From the human T2T-CHM13v2.0 reference genome, Homo sapiens: a DNA stretch of 64,000 nucleotides. Both the position numbers and the translations under genes were made by a program. The stretch is from NCBI RefSeq assembly GCF_009914755.1, contig NC_060936.1; one strand, written 5' to 3'. The notes under the pieces are model-generated. The model saw only the letters and a list, made by a program, of their open reading frames with translations. It was not told the DNA's origin and ran no database searches. How positions within the stretch are numbered: position 1 is the stretch's first letter; the number at the start of each line of letters is the position of its first letter. Positions 14,071 to 35,179 of the stretch are shown in pieces.

Positions 14071-15106
14071 GTAAGCCCTGGGCCCACGGTCACCACCCGC
14101 TGGGGTCTGTCTGTCCTCATCCCTGTCCCACGCAACATTTGCCCCAAATCGTGGCTCAGAGTCCTGGGAAACGCACAGCTGTGTGGCCGACTGAGCCCCC
14201 AGTGACATTTTGTCTTTTCTTAAACCCCATCTAATACCGGCCCTCCCCTGCCAGGGGTCCTGCACAGAAATGAGAACTTCAGACAAGGTTTCCTCTCCCC
14301 CTCGTCCCTGTCAGCTACTGCCATGTGACAAGCAGCCCAGCTTGAGGAATGTTTCATCAAGCTCATGGATTCCCAGCATCAGGAAGTCAGGCAGGGCCTG
14401 CGAGTGTCTGGCCTGTGCCCCCAGCGGGAGGGATGTTCACTGCCGGGGCCCACATCTGGTGCCAGGGCTGGGCCCAACTGGGACGGCCACTGGGGCTGCT
14501 CCACGAGGCATGACCCTCCCACAGCAACTGGATTCCCAGTGAAGTTGTCTTGAGAGCTGGTATTGCCAGAGGCCGGTAGAAGCTGTGACCTTGTGCCACC
14601 CAGCCCCAGATGTCACAGGACCGTACGTGTAACCCTCCCGGTTAAAGCTGTGAAGGAGCCACGCTCTGTGTCGAGTCGTCTCTCGGTGGACATGCACCTT
14701 GTCCCTGACCTTCTGTCGCTACAGCCACGTCGCTGTGAACACGCTTCTTGTAGGACCGAATTCTAGGCCCGGGCTTGGGGTCCCGTGGCGTGGGGTCCCG
14801 TGGCGTGGGTGTTTGGCACCCAGCCAGGCCCAGGGTGCTACACCAGTCTCCACCCCTGAGCTCCTGCCCTCCCCGCAGCTCCCTGGCGCTCTGTATGCTC
14901 AGAGCGTAGATCTCGGCCCCCGCCCGCTGAAGCGGTGGACAGGCACCCCCGTTTTAATTTGCCTTTAGCAGACCTCTAGGCAAGGATAGGGGCTCCACAC
15001 AAGGATGCCTGTCCCATGCCGCTCAGGTCAGGGGCTCTGCCGCAGGATGCCCTGTCCCGCGCTGCCCAGGCCCCGCCTCCCAGCCCACCTGGCTCTCTCC
15101 CTGCAG

Positions 15107-15189
15107 GCCCAGGAAGGACGTGCCCCACAGATGCAGCACTCACTTTGACGCGGTGGCCCAGATCCGGGGTGAAGCTTTCTTCTTCAAAG
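15107..15189 (+). CDS. MMP17: MMP17 exon 7, start of hemopexin domain
   Basis: ctgcag|G CCC...AAA G|gtacct; 83 nt; PRKDVPHRCSTHFDAVAQIRGEAFFFK. Confidence 0.96.
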
Positions 15190-15285
15190 GTACCTCCAGG
15201 GTTCCCGTGGCGGTTGGCTGAGGGCCATGGCCCACTCTGGGTGCAGACCGTCTCTGCAGCCCGGCCCTCCCCTCTGTGCCCCCAG

Positions 15286-15438
15286 GCAAGTACTTCTGGC
15301 GGCTGACGCGGGACCGGCACCTGGTGTCCCTGCAGCCGGCACAGATGCACCGCTTCTGGCGGGGCCTGCCGCTGCACCTGGACAGCGTGGACGCCGTGTA
15401 CGAGCGCACCAGCGACCACAAGATCGTCTTCTTTAAAG
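15286..15438 (+). CDS. MMP17: MMP17 exon 8, hemopexin domain
   Basis: ccccag|GC AAG...AAA G|gtgggt; 153 nt; KYFWRLTRDRHLVS...DHKIVFFK. Confidence 0.97.
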
Positions 15439-15574
15439 GTGGGTGGGCCTCCCCGTCGCACTCCGGGCTTCCCGGGCCCTCTGTCCGCCTCATGGAGGGA
15501 CGGAGAGGGTCCAGCCTGCGTGTAAGCCCTACGTCTGCCCAGAGGCTGGTCGAGCACAGAGCAGCTGGTTTGCT

Positions 15575-19495
<3,921 letters not shown>

Positions 19496-19791
19496 ATAGG
19501 ATGGCATGTCGTGGGCCTCGGTTTGGCCCGAGTTGTTGTTTCCATCGGTAAAGGGGTGGCCGGCAGCGTCCACAGGCTGGATGGGACGGCCCGGACTGGG
19601 CACAGTAGGTGCTCACTAAGTATCCATGTGGCCCCTGTGATGTGGGGTGATTGCAGTGTGGCCGCTGTCCCATCAAGCCCAGGTGAGGGGCCAGGGCAAG
19701 GGCGGCTGACACAGGAGAAGGAAAGGCAGGAGCCTCCTGCCCTTCGGGGTGGGGCCGAGCCCCGGCCCACAGCTGTTTCTCTCGCCCCCAG

Positions 19792-20049
19792 GAGACAGGT
19801 ACTGGGTGTTCAAGGACAATAACGTAGAGGAAGGATACCCGCGCCCCGTCTCCGACTTCAGCCTCCCGCCTGGCGGCATCGACGCTGCCTTCTCCTGGGC
19901 CCACAATGACAGGACTTATTTCTTTAAGGACCAGCTGTACTGGCGCTACGATGACCACACGAGGCACATGGACCCCGGCTACCCCGCCCAGAGCCCCCTG
20001 TGGAGGGGTGTCCCCAGCACGCTGGACGACGCCATGCGCTGGTCCGACG
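19792..20049 (+). CDS. MMP17: MMP17 exon 9, hemopexin domain
   Basis: ccccag|GA GAC...GAC G|gtgagt; 258 nt; DRYWVFKDNNVEEGYPR...DDAMRWSD. Confidence 0.97.
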
Positions 20050-20914
20050 GTGAGTGCCAGCTGGGGGGACGGGCCATGCGGCCTTGGTTTCCCCACCAGG
20101 AGAGGGGCATCACTACAGGGCAGCCAAGAGGTTCCCTGAAAGGAGGACGGCCCCGGTCGGTGTGGGCTCTGAGGGTCCCAGCCCCTCGCCTGGAGCTGCC
20201 GACCCTGCAGGCGTCCCCGAGTCGCTCCCCGAAGGCCTGGCCCACGAGCTGCCCTTGTTCTCCCCGCCCTCAGCACTCCCTCGCCCCTGCTGCTCCCCCA
20301 GCCACGCTCCTGCCCCAGGGCCTTGGCACTGGCCATGCCTCGTCTGGGCACACTTTCCTGAGATGTCCACACAGCCCCTCCCTCGCCGGCCCCAGCCCTG
20401 CCAAACGCCCTCCTGGGCATCACCCCTGCCACGTCCCACAGTGTAGAAGAAACCTCCCCACAGGGTCAGCTCCAGGGATGGCAGCATCCTCTGTTTTGTT
20501 TTCAACGCTGCATCCTTGTCACCTGGAACAGCCCTGCACAGAGTGGGCCCTCAATAAATATCCAGTAAGGGAAAGAGACTCTGAGGGTCTCCTGGTCCAT
20601 CCCCTGCCCCAGCAGGCTCCTCTGGAGCTTCCCAGGCCTGTGACCATGCCTGCAGAGCTGCCCACAGCTGAGCAGATGCTGACCCCATCTCAGATATTAT
20701 CTGGGCACCCCCTGCCATCTAGCACGAGCCGCCCCCCACCAGCCGTCTGGTCTGACCCCCCACTGCAGTCTTGTGCAAGCCCCCTGCTGTCTGGCCCGAC
20801 TCGAGCCCCTTCCGCTGCAGCCCTCCCTGAGCCCAACGCTCCCTCCTCGCTGTCCGGCTCGAGCCCCTCCTGCTGCAGCCCTCCCCTGAGCTCAGCTCTC
20901 CCTCCTCTTCTCAG

Positions 20915-21264
20915 GTGCCTCCTACTTCTTCCGTGGCCAGGAGTACTGGAAAGTGCTGGATGGCGAGCTGGAGGTGGCACCCGGGTACCCACAGTCCACG
21001 GCCCGGGACTGGCTGGTGTGTGGAGACTCACAGGCCGATGGATCTGTGGCTGCGGGCGTGGACGCGGCAGAGGGGCCCCGCGCCCCTCCAGGACAACATG
21101 ACCAGAGCCGCTCGGAGGACGGTTACGAGGTCTGCTCATGCACCTCTGGGGCATCCTCTCCCCCGGGGGCCCCAGGCCCACTGGTGGCTGCCACCATGCT
21201 GCTGCTGCTGCCGCCACTGTCACCAGGCGCCCTGTGGACAGCGGCCCAGGCCCTGACGCTATGA
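20915..21264 (+). CDS. MMP17: MMP17 exon 10 coding part: last hemopexin blade, stem and GPI-anchor signal
   Basis: tctcag|GT GCC...CTA TGA; ASYFFRGQEYWKV...WLVCG...AATMLLLLPPLSPGALWTAAQALTL*; hydrophobic C-terminus with no cytoplasmic tail. Confidence 0.97.
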
Positions 21265-21765
21265 CACACAGCGCGAGCCCATGAGAGGACAGAGGCGGTG
21301 GGACAGCCTGGCCACAGAGGGCAAGGACTGTGCCGGAGTCCCTGGGGGAGGTGCTGGCGCGGGATGAGGACGGGCCACCCTGGCACCGGAAGGCCAGCAG
21401 AGGGCACGGCCCGCCAGGGCTGGGCAGGCTCAGGTGGCAAGGACGGAGCTGTCCCCTAGTGAGGGACTGTGTTGACTGACGAGCCGAGGGGTGGCCGCTC
21501 CAGAAGGGTGCCCAGTCAGGCCGCACCGCCGCCAGCCTCCTCCGGCCCTGGAGGGAGCATCTCGGGCTGGGGGCCCACCCCTCTCTGTGCCGGCGCCACC
21601 AACCCCACCCACACTGCTGCCTGGTGCTCCCGCCGGCCCACAGGGCCTCCGTCCCCAGGTCCCCAGTGGGGCAGCCCTCCCCACAGACGAGCCCCCCACA
21701 TGGTGCCGCGGCACGTCCCCCCTGTGACGCGTTCCAGACCAACATGACCTCTCCCTGCTTTGTAG
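21265..21765 (+). other. MMP17: MMP17 3' UTR (3' end approximate)
   Basis: Follows the stop codon; the end is taken from the recalled transcript length because no canonical poly(A) signal is visible. Confidence 0.55.
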
Positions 21766-23359
21766 CGGCTCGGCTGGGCTCCCTGGTGCTCCAGGGCCAT
21801 GGGAGTGGGTACCCTCGGGCCTCAAGGGGCTTGACCCTGACCAGGGGCCCACGCACCTGCACTTGGGGTGGGGGCTTCCCAGGAGGTCTCGGCAGTCGCA
21901 TTCCTCCTTGTTCATCAGCCCGTCCCGCGCTGTCTCTTCCAGTCCTCGTGCCCCGAGGAGTCCCCACGCCCCTGTCACAGATGGGAGAGTTGAGGCCCAG
22001 CGGGGGATGAGCCTCAGTGCTACAGGCAGGGGCATCACGGGCGGGCGGGGCGCCAGCTGGCCCAGTGAGATCTGAGTGTGGGAGGTGCCCGAGGAAAGGC
22101 ATCAGTTGTTGGGTGAGCCACTTGGGACGCTGTCTGCCCCGCAGCACTAGACCATGATGCCCGGCCGAGCACCGGGACCTGGGTGCGCCCAAGAGGGAGG
22201 GTAGGTGCTCCCTGCGCAAGAGGGAGGGAGGGTGCTCCCTGCAAGGGGCTGATTCTAGCTCCAGCCACTCTGTCACTTGCTCCCTTTGCTCCCAGCCTCC
22301 AGATCCACAGCGGAGTCCCTCAGCCTGCCCCCACTCTGGCCGGCAAGTGACGCGTCTGTCCTGCAGTACCCTCTTGTTCAGAGGGTGCAGCCGATGCCAC
22401 TCTGCAGGGCCCAGTCCTCCCGCTGGTGCACAGTCCTCTGGTCTCTGCGGCACAGACGCACCCCGGGCCACAGGTTCGGGGCCTCAGGCTCTGGCTCACC
22501 AGCATCTGCCCTGGGCTGTGGAGGGCCCGGGTGCCCCCTCAAACGTGACTCAGTGAGGATGAGGAGGTGGCCGTTGGACTGTGGGGGATTCACTCCCACA
22601 TAGCAGGAAGTTCCTGACCACAGGCCCAGCATAGGGAGCGGCTGGGGCCACCCAGGGTGCAGATGAGGCTTCCTGGCACCCAGGAGCCAAAGCCCACAGC
22701 CCCCTTGTCCCATCCCAGGGATGGCACCCATCCCAGGATGAGGCTGCCAGGGCCGGGCAGGCAGGCCCCAGGCCAGGCCTCATGGAGCCGGGCCACCTCC
22801 CCGTGAAGAGAGGCCACATCCTCATGGAGTCCAGCCGTGTCCTCTGTCCCCCGCCTGTTCACCATCTGCTCCCTGGAGCAGGAGGAGTCCCTGCCTGTCA
22901 GACCAGTCTGTGGAAAGACCGACCTCCCTCCTGTCTGTCGGGGACACTGGCTCTGCCCTGCACCAAGTGGTGTTTCCTCATCACGCTTTGTTGCCCAGCA
23001 GCCTGTGGGGTGAAGTCCCCCGTGCAGCTGGCCCAGCCCCGTGGTCCCCACGTCCTGGGTCATGCCCCAGTGCAAAGCCGGCTGTGGGCCTTGTCTGCTG
23101 AGTCGGGCTCTCACGTTGGCAGGGCTCACTGCGGTTTTGAAGTCCAAACTCTCCGTCATAAGCCTCTTCTGCCGGTCCTATCTCTGGTGAAGAGGTGAAC
23201 CGTAGGCGGGGCAGGGGGGCTGCTCTGAACTTGCCTCTCCATGCTGCAGCCCACCTCCCTCTGGCAGTGGGGTGGCCGTGCTGGGTCCTGGGGCAGGGCC
23301 TGGAGCCCCGCCAGCCCATGACGCATTTCATGAGCCCCCACCTTTTGATATGCACATGC

Positions 23360-23915
<556 letters not shown>

Positions 23916-24660
23916 GGCGTGTTGTTTTGTGGAAAGGATCTCATGTTCATAGAAAGCTGCACCCGCAGCATGAGAGTCCTCTGCATCCTTTGGGAGGCGC
24001 TGACCACCCTGAGCTCGCTTCTGTGTCTCCTGGAACGCAGGTGTCCTCCCAAGGTCAGAGTTGGGAAAGACACGCAGCCAGTGGATCTCAGATCAGAGGA
24101 TGCTGCAGGGACAGACCTCACCCAGGGCAGCCTTCTTTGGCCCGGCACAGCTCCCGGGCCTTCCCCGACCCCTGTGACCTCGCACCTATGAGGGCTGCCG
24201 GCCCGTCCTTCTGTGGTCCATGCCCCCGGCCTGTCCGCCTGCACCTTCCTCGTGATGGGACCTCGGTTCTGTGTCTTCAGCAGGCAGTTTTCCATCTTCG
24301 CCTGAGTCACCATCTAAACACCTGGAGACTTCACGTGACGTTCTGGATTTTCAGAGTCACTGCTTATACCTCAGGCTGTGCTGGCCCAACTTGGAGAAGC
24401 TGTGCCCCCAGGCCCAGGAGGCAGGGCATCGCCAGCCCACAGCCACAGTCAAAACCCTCCGAAGGAGGTCAGAGGACCCACGCCACCCCAGTGAGGGGCA
24501 AGGACCTCTTCCCTTCTTCCTTCCACCCCAGGGAGGTCAGCCTGGGGGCCCAGGGTCTCTCTTGAGCCACACGGCCGGGCCAAGGCACTGGCTGCCCTTA
24601 GCGTGACCCAGGCTTTTGACCAAAAACACACAGCCCCATGGGTGCTATACAACGCCTCTG

Positions 24661-24908
24661 CATGGGAGACCTCCGAGGCCAGGACACACCCTCTCCAGCT
24701 CCCATGATACAGGAAGGGAAACTGAGGCACGGTGTCTTAGCTCAGCTTGCCGTGACAGGCTGCTGTAGACCATGCGGCTTCCACATGGGTGACCTCTGAG
24801 GCCAGGACACACCCTCTCCAGCTGCCGTGTTACAGGGAGGGAAACTGAGGCACGGTGTCTTAGCTCAGCTTGCCGTGACAGGCTGCTATAGACTGTGCGG
24901 CTTCCACA
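24661..24908. repeat. 123-bp direct tandem duplication, followed by an MLT1-like LTR to ~25175
   Basis: catggg(a/t)gacct...cggcttcca at 24661 and 24784. Confidence 0.9.
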
Positions 24909-25171
24909 CAGGCATTTGCTTTCCCACCAATCTGCAGGAGTCTGAGGTCAGGATGCCGGCAGGGTCAGGTTCTTAGAGGCCCGCTTCCTGGTTCAAAGCC
25001 AGCACCTTCTCACTGTGTCCTCACAAGCCCGAGAGAGAAAGTGCTGGTCCCTTCACCCCCTACCAGGGCACCAATCTCATTGTGGGGGCTCCGCCCTCAC
25101 GACCTCATCTAACCCAAATCGCCTGCCAAAGGCCCCCTCCTAACACCATCACACTAGCGGTCATGGTTTCA

Positions 25172-25480
<309 letters not shown>

Positions 25481-26219
25481 TCAGAAACCCTGTGGGGAGT
25501 GGATTGTGGGGGCTTAGGAGGCTCTGGCGGGAGGCAGATCACCCCAAAGCAGCATGAGTGACAGCTAAGATGCCGGGCCTGCCCTGCGATCTGCGACTGC
25601 AAACTCACTGAATCCTGGCAGCGACACTGAGCGGAGGGACTGGGTTACTTCTGTTTCCCAGATGAGGAAACTGAGGCCCAGAGCTGGCAGAGAGCTGTCC
25701 GAGCCCAGGTGTTCAGGGAGGGGCGGAGCCAAGTGTGAAGCCAGCGGGCACACTCTGAGGTCGGGCTGAGAGCAGCACTCCCTTGCCCAGGCGGAGGGAC
25801 CGCAGGTAGCAGGACACTCTCGTGGGAATCCTAAGGACGCCAGAGCACACCGCTCCGGGGCAGCCGAGCTGGACCCACAGGTGTGACTACAGCGCAAGCC
25901 AGGGCCGCCCCTCCCAGCTCCCGGGCCGTTTTTAGGGCGCCGTGGCTGCAGCGGGGCGGCTGGCTCTGGGCTGCTTCACCCCAAGCTGTGATGGGCCAGG
26001 GTGGCTCTGCACCCCGCCCCCCTGAGCCCAGGCCAGGCAGGCAGGACCCCCGCTGCGGCTGAGAAATGGGAGGAGCCGAGGAGACAGAGCCACTGCTGGC
26101 CACACTCTCCACCTCCACCGGGTCAGGGTCCTTCCACCGTGACTGCAGGACAGGACCCCCACGGCTTCTCCACTTAACAGCAGCAGGATCCTTGCCTTCT
26201 CGCTCGCTCTGTCACCCCC

Positions 26220-26800
26220 AGTCTGTTTCTCTGTCTCTGCCTCTCTCTGTCTCTGTCTGTATCTCTGTCTGTCTCTCCAACTCAGTCTCTATCTTTCTCT
26301 CTCCTTGTCTCTCTGTATCTCTGTCCCTCTCCCTGTCTCTTGTCTCTCTGTCTCTCTCCCTGTCTGTCTCTCCTTGTCTCTGCCTGTCTCTGTCTCTATA
26401 TCTCTGTCTCTCCATCTGTCTCTCTCCCTGTCCCTGTCTCTCTCTGTCTCCCTCCCTGTCTCTGTCTCTCTGTCTCTATCTCTGTCTCTCTCCCTGACTC
26501 TCTCTCTCTGTGCCTCTCTGTCTCTGTCTCTCCTTGCCTCTGCCTCTCTGTCTCTATATCTCTGTCTCCCCATCTGTCTCTGTCTCTCTGTCTCTATCTC
26601 TGTCCCTCTCCCTGTCTCTGTCTCTCTCCCTGTCTCTGTCTCTCTGTCTCTCTCTCTCTGTCCCTCTCCCTGTCTCTCTGTCTCTGTCTCTCCTTGTCTC
26701 TGCCTGTCTCTGACTCTATGTCTCTGTCTCTGCATCTGTCTCTCTCTATCTCCCTGTCCCTGTCTCTCTCTCTGTCTCTCTGTCTCCCTCCCTCTCTCTG
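26220..26800. repeat. Degenerate (TCTCTG)n/(TC)n pyrimidine-rich repeat
   Basis: About 580 bp made almost entirely of tctctg, tctctc and tccctg. Confidence 0.95.
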
Positions 26801-27147
26801 GAGGTTGCCTGGCCTCCGCCGCTGGTCTCCCCTGCACTTGCACCATGGTGGGGGGCCTGGCTTGCTCCTGTCGTATGGCAGTTGGCGCTGGCTCTGGCAG
26901 GAGCCTCCATGGGGCCTGGGCTCCTCCCAGCACTCGGCTGGTGCCATGCAGGTGCCTGCATTTCTGTCACTCTTTTTTTTTAGACGGAGCCTTGCTCTGT
27001 CACCCAGGCTGGAGTGCAGTGGTGTGATCTCGGCTCACTGCAACCTCCGCCTCCCGGGTTCAAGCCATTTTCCTGCCTCGGCCTCCTGAGTACCTAGGAT
27101 TACAGGCACAGGCCACCACGCCTGGCTAATTTTTGTATTTTTAGTAG

Positions 27148-27357
<210 letters not shown>

Positions 27358-27574
27358 TAATCTTGTGAAATCTTCTGTAAATCTTCCTGTATTCCAGTGG
27401 GGAAAAAAGGCAGCCAAGCAGATGGGGCTGTACCTGTGAGAGTGTGTCACCCGTGGGTGGAGTGTGCAGTGATCAGATGTTGGTAGGAAAATGAGGCAGG
27501 GGGGCGGTGTTTGTCGGGGAGGGAAGCCGAGCCTGCAGGAGCTGAAGGAGGCTGCACACAGGCCCTGCGGCCAG

Positions 27575-28370
27575 TGGTGTTGGGTGCTCTGGAGATCGCT
27601 GGGTGCTCTGGGAGGTGCTGGGTGCTCTGGGGAGGTGCTGTGTGCTGGGTGCTCTGGGGAGGTGCTAGGTACTCTGGGGAGGTACTGGGTGCTCTGGGGA
27701 GGTGCTGTGTGCTGGGTGCTCTGGGGCAGTGGTGGGTGCTCTGTGGTGGTGGTGGGTGCTGTGAGGAGGTGCTGGGTGCTCTGGAGAGGTACTGAGTTCT
27801 CTGGGGAAGTGGTGGGTGCTCTGGGTTGGTGCTGGGTGCTTTGGGGAGGTGCTGGGTACTCTGGGGCGGTTCTGGGTGCTCTGGGAAGATGCTGGGTACT
27901 CTGAGGCAGTGCTCTGGGGAGGTGATGGGTACTCTGGGGTGGTGCTGGATGCTCTGGGGAGGTGCTGGGTGCTCTGGGGATGATGCTGGGTGCTGTGGGG
28001 AGGTTCTGAGTGCTCTGGGGAGGTGCTGGGTACTCTGAGGTGCTCCTGGGTGCTCTGGGTCATGCTGGGTGTTCTGCCTGATGCTGGGTACTCTAGGAAG
28101 GTGCTGGGTACTCTAGGAAGGTACTGGGTACTCTGGAACAGTGCTCTGGGGAGGTGCTGGGTACTGTGCGGTGGTGCTAGGTGCTCTGGGGCGGTGCTGG
28201 GTGCTGTGGGGAGGTGCTGGGTGCTCTAGGGAGGTGCTGGGTACTCTAGGAAGGTGCTGGGTGCTCTGGGGAGGCCCTGGGTGCTGGGTGCTCGGAGGAA
28301 GCCCTGGGTGCTGAATGCTCTGGGGAGGCCCTGGGTGCTTCAGGGATGTGCTGGGTGCTCTGGAGAGTCT
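27575..28370. repeat. ~20-bp minisatellite (gggtgctctggggaggtgct), ~40 diverged copies
   Basis: Direct periodic repeats of gggt(g/a)ctctggggaggtgct. Confidence 0.95.
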
Positions 28371-28923
28371 GAGGAGACGCTGGGGTGTCAGGGATTTCTG
28401 TGTTTACTGTGCGGGCTCAGGGGAGCCACGGGAGGGTTTTGGGCAGAGTGGGGCCTGATGAGACGGAGGTTCTGCAGGTCCATCTGACTGCCGTTCTGAG
28501 AATGGGTGGACGTGGGGCCAGTGAGGGTGCAGGGCTGGGATTTGCCAGGGAGAGACAGTGGCTTGGACGAGGGCTGTGAGGGAGACACATCTTGGTTGTA
28601 TTTGGAGATTTGTGAGGACTATGGCAGAGCGATGAGACCTCCCTTGAGCATGGGAGGGCTGCGTTTGCCGTTTTTGCCTGCGGGAGGGCGGTTTGATGGT
28701 GATGGCCTGGTGATTCCCACGTGGGAGTCAGAGGTGTGCTGATGGGATTTTCCACGACAAGTGTGAGACGGCTGGTCCTGCAGGGCTTTCTTAGACTTCA
28801 CATGATGCTCCCGGTGCAGAGGGCGGATCTGTGTCCCCCGCTGCACACTGGCAGGCTCGAGACTTCTGTGGGTCCTTGAGGGCTTCCAGGGGAGGCGGAC
28901 ATAGCCTCCACCCAGTCCTCTGA

Positions 28924-30510
<1,587 letters not shown>

Positions 30511-31346
30511 AAACTAATCCAATCGGTCTCAGCCAAGCTAGGTCCTGGGGCCACAGGAGGATCCCTGCAGCCTGTTGCATGAATCAATCAACCTTCCCTG
30601 GAACACAGCCAGGCCCATTTGTTTAAATAATAATGCACTAAACAAGGCAGCGGAGCGGTGGGCTGGCCTCTGGGAGAGGTGACACAGCAGCTTTTAGTTG
30701 TCACAACACTCGTTTCCCAAGCACAAAGAGAAACCAAAGGACGCGCAGAGGAAAGGTGGTCTCCCGGCTGGGGAGGACCTGGGATGTGAGGGAAGAGGGA
30801 GGGAGGGAGCAGGGATGCATGAGCCCGGCTCTGGGGCTCCTGCACCCCTCAAGGCAGGCTGAGGCCGGCCTCGCCCTGGTTGCATCACCCAGGACGCCCT
30901 GGGGATCTCCAGGCCACCGTGGCAGCCGGGCCCCTGATGCAATCCACGGCTGTCTGGCAGCATGACCTGCCCCGGTCAGCCTGGACTCTGCCCTGCCTGG
31001 GGGCCCAGCCCTGACCACAGCCTCCAGCGATCCCTCCCTTCCCAGGGTCTGTTTACAGGCGCTTGGAGCATCAGGCGCATTTCTATCATGAACTCACAGG
31101 GTGGTGCCCAGCGAGTGTCTCTGATCTGTAAACTGGGTGTGGTGGCATCTACCCTGTCTGTGGGGTTGCAGGAGGAAGCCACACGCATGTGGGGAGCCAT
31201 GCCAGGCACACAGTGGATGCAACAGGGGAGTTGCTCGTTCTGACCGTGTTCACCATGTCTCTGATGCGCATCTTCTCACGTGAAATCAGCATGTGTCTTA
31301 AAATGGACAGAGTAGAAGTTCAACTAGCAACATTGTGTGCTTCCTA

Positions 31347-33185
<1,839 letters not shown>

Positions 33186-33209
33186 GTCTTTGCTGACTCA
33201 GCAGTCGTG

Positions 33210-33310
33210 CCTGGGGAGGGAGGGGTGAAGGGTCGGGGGAGGGGTGAAGGGGGTAGGGAAGGGTGAAAGGGGAGGGAGGGTGAAGTGGGGAGGGAGGGGT
33301 GAAGGGGCTG
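33210..33310. repeat. Short G-rich tandem repeat (gggaggggtgaag), ~5 copies
   Basis: Direct repeats visible. Confidence 0.8.
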
Positions 33311-34849
33311 GGCCTCCCCAGCTGACCCCAGACCTCTAGGCTGGAGCAGGGGAGTTTTTACCCACGAGCCTGCGGGGGCGGCTTTGTTGCTCAAAAGCAT
33401 AAATGCACAGAACCGCCTTTGCCTGGGGCTGGAGGGATTTCGCAAGCTCTCCTCCTCTCTGAAGGCACTTGGGTGTGAGACCCCAGGCCTGGAGGCTGTC
33501 TGGGGGCCTGGGAGGTGAAGGGGTTCCAAAGGCCCCACCCTCACCCCTGTGTTCCTATAGGTCCAGAGGTTGCCTGGGCGAGGGACTCAGGAGTGAGGTC
33601 GGGCTGCACCTGGCTCCTAGGGGTCACGAGAGTGGCTGGGGTCTGAGGAGGGGACACTTGGGCCGAGAGCATAGAGGGGAACACAGGACCGCGCAGGCCC
33701 CTGCTGCTCTGTGGCCAAGCAACCCCCTGCCAGGGCTGGCATCTTAGGTGGGTCGATTCAGCGCCTGCACCAAAGCTTCTAACCTGTCAGCAAGATCAAG
33801 ACGGCCCACTCAGAGCATCTGAGATGAGTGCTTTGTGCATTTGGAAAACAGAGCATTTCCACAGCAGCCGGCCAGGACAGATGTCTGTTTTATTTCACAG
33901 GGTCATAACGATGCCATGTCCCCATCTGTTGCCGCAGGTGAAATAGGGGCGGGGACAATCCAGGGACATCTTTCCCAGCATGCATGAACCAGAAATAACA
34001 CCAGCGTGTCTGAGAAGAAACGGTGAAGAAATCCACCCTGGCTGTCTGTCGGGCAGCCCCGGCGAGGAGTTGAGTCCCCTTACCGCTGCGAATGAGCTGT
34101 CCTCCACCCCACGTCGGAGACCTCAGCGCCCGGGGCCCCGGCCTGTTAGCACCTGCATGCCTTTGACGGCAACCCCTGGCATATGCCTGGGCCTCACAGC
34201 TATTGGCGGAGCGCCTACTCTGTTCCAGGCACAGGGCACAGCAGCAACCTGGACCCCCCAGGGGTGGCTCCTCCTCCATCCCGGCTTCCTGCTGGAACAT
34301 GAGCAGGCAATTCACACAAGAAGCCTGTAATCCCAGCACTTTGAGAGGTGGAAGCGGGAGGATGGCTTGAGTCTTGGGAGTTCAAGGCTGCAGTGGGCTG
34401 TGATTGCACCACTGCACTCCATCCTGGGTGACGGAGCAAGACCCTGTCTCAAAAAAAAACAAAAAAAAAAAAAAAGAAAGAAAAAGAAAAAAAAACAACA
34501 GAATATTAAAATGAATATGTAAATGCAGGAAAATCTGTTTTTTTTTTTCCTAAGAGGTGGGAGGAAAGACAATGGAACCTGGTGGATAAGAAAGAATTTC
34601 TGTCTGTCAGTTGCCTCAGCCTACAACGTGATGTACAACAGCTCAAAGACAACGAAAAGCTAGAATCTGACAGCCCTGGAGTACCTGCTCTGATTTAAAA
34701 TGCATAGTTTTCCTGTGAAACACAGGTGTTTTTTTTTCTATACTATGGTGCTATTTTTATAAAGCTTAAAAACAAGCAGGCCGGGTGCGGTGGCTCACGC
34801 CTGTAATCCCAACACTTTGGGAGGCTGAGGCGGGTGGATCACGAGGTCA

Positions 34850-35035
<186 letters not shown>

Positions 35036-35067
35036 TCAAAAAAAAAAAAAAAAAGCAAAGCTGGAAA

Positions 35068-35179
35068 AGATAGCTTCTAGGTATACACATGCACATACGC
35101 ACTAAGATCGCTTCTAGGTATACACACACATACGTGCTAAGATAGCTTCTAGGTATACACACGCACATACGCGCTAAGA
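35068..35179. repeat. 35-37 bp tandem repeat x3
   Basis: agatagcttctaggtatacac...catacg..cta at 35068, 35105 and 35140. Confidence 0.9.

Noticed and set aside
15190-15285. 96-nt intron 7 as an in-frame retained intron
   Set aside because: The frame hits TGA after 10 codons (GGT ACC ... GGC TGA).
20690-22471. 593-aa antisense ORF over exon 10 and the 3' UTR
   Set aside because: Non-ATG start, low-complexity composition, no motif and very GC-rich context; no independent support.
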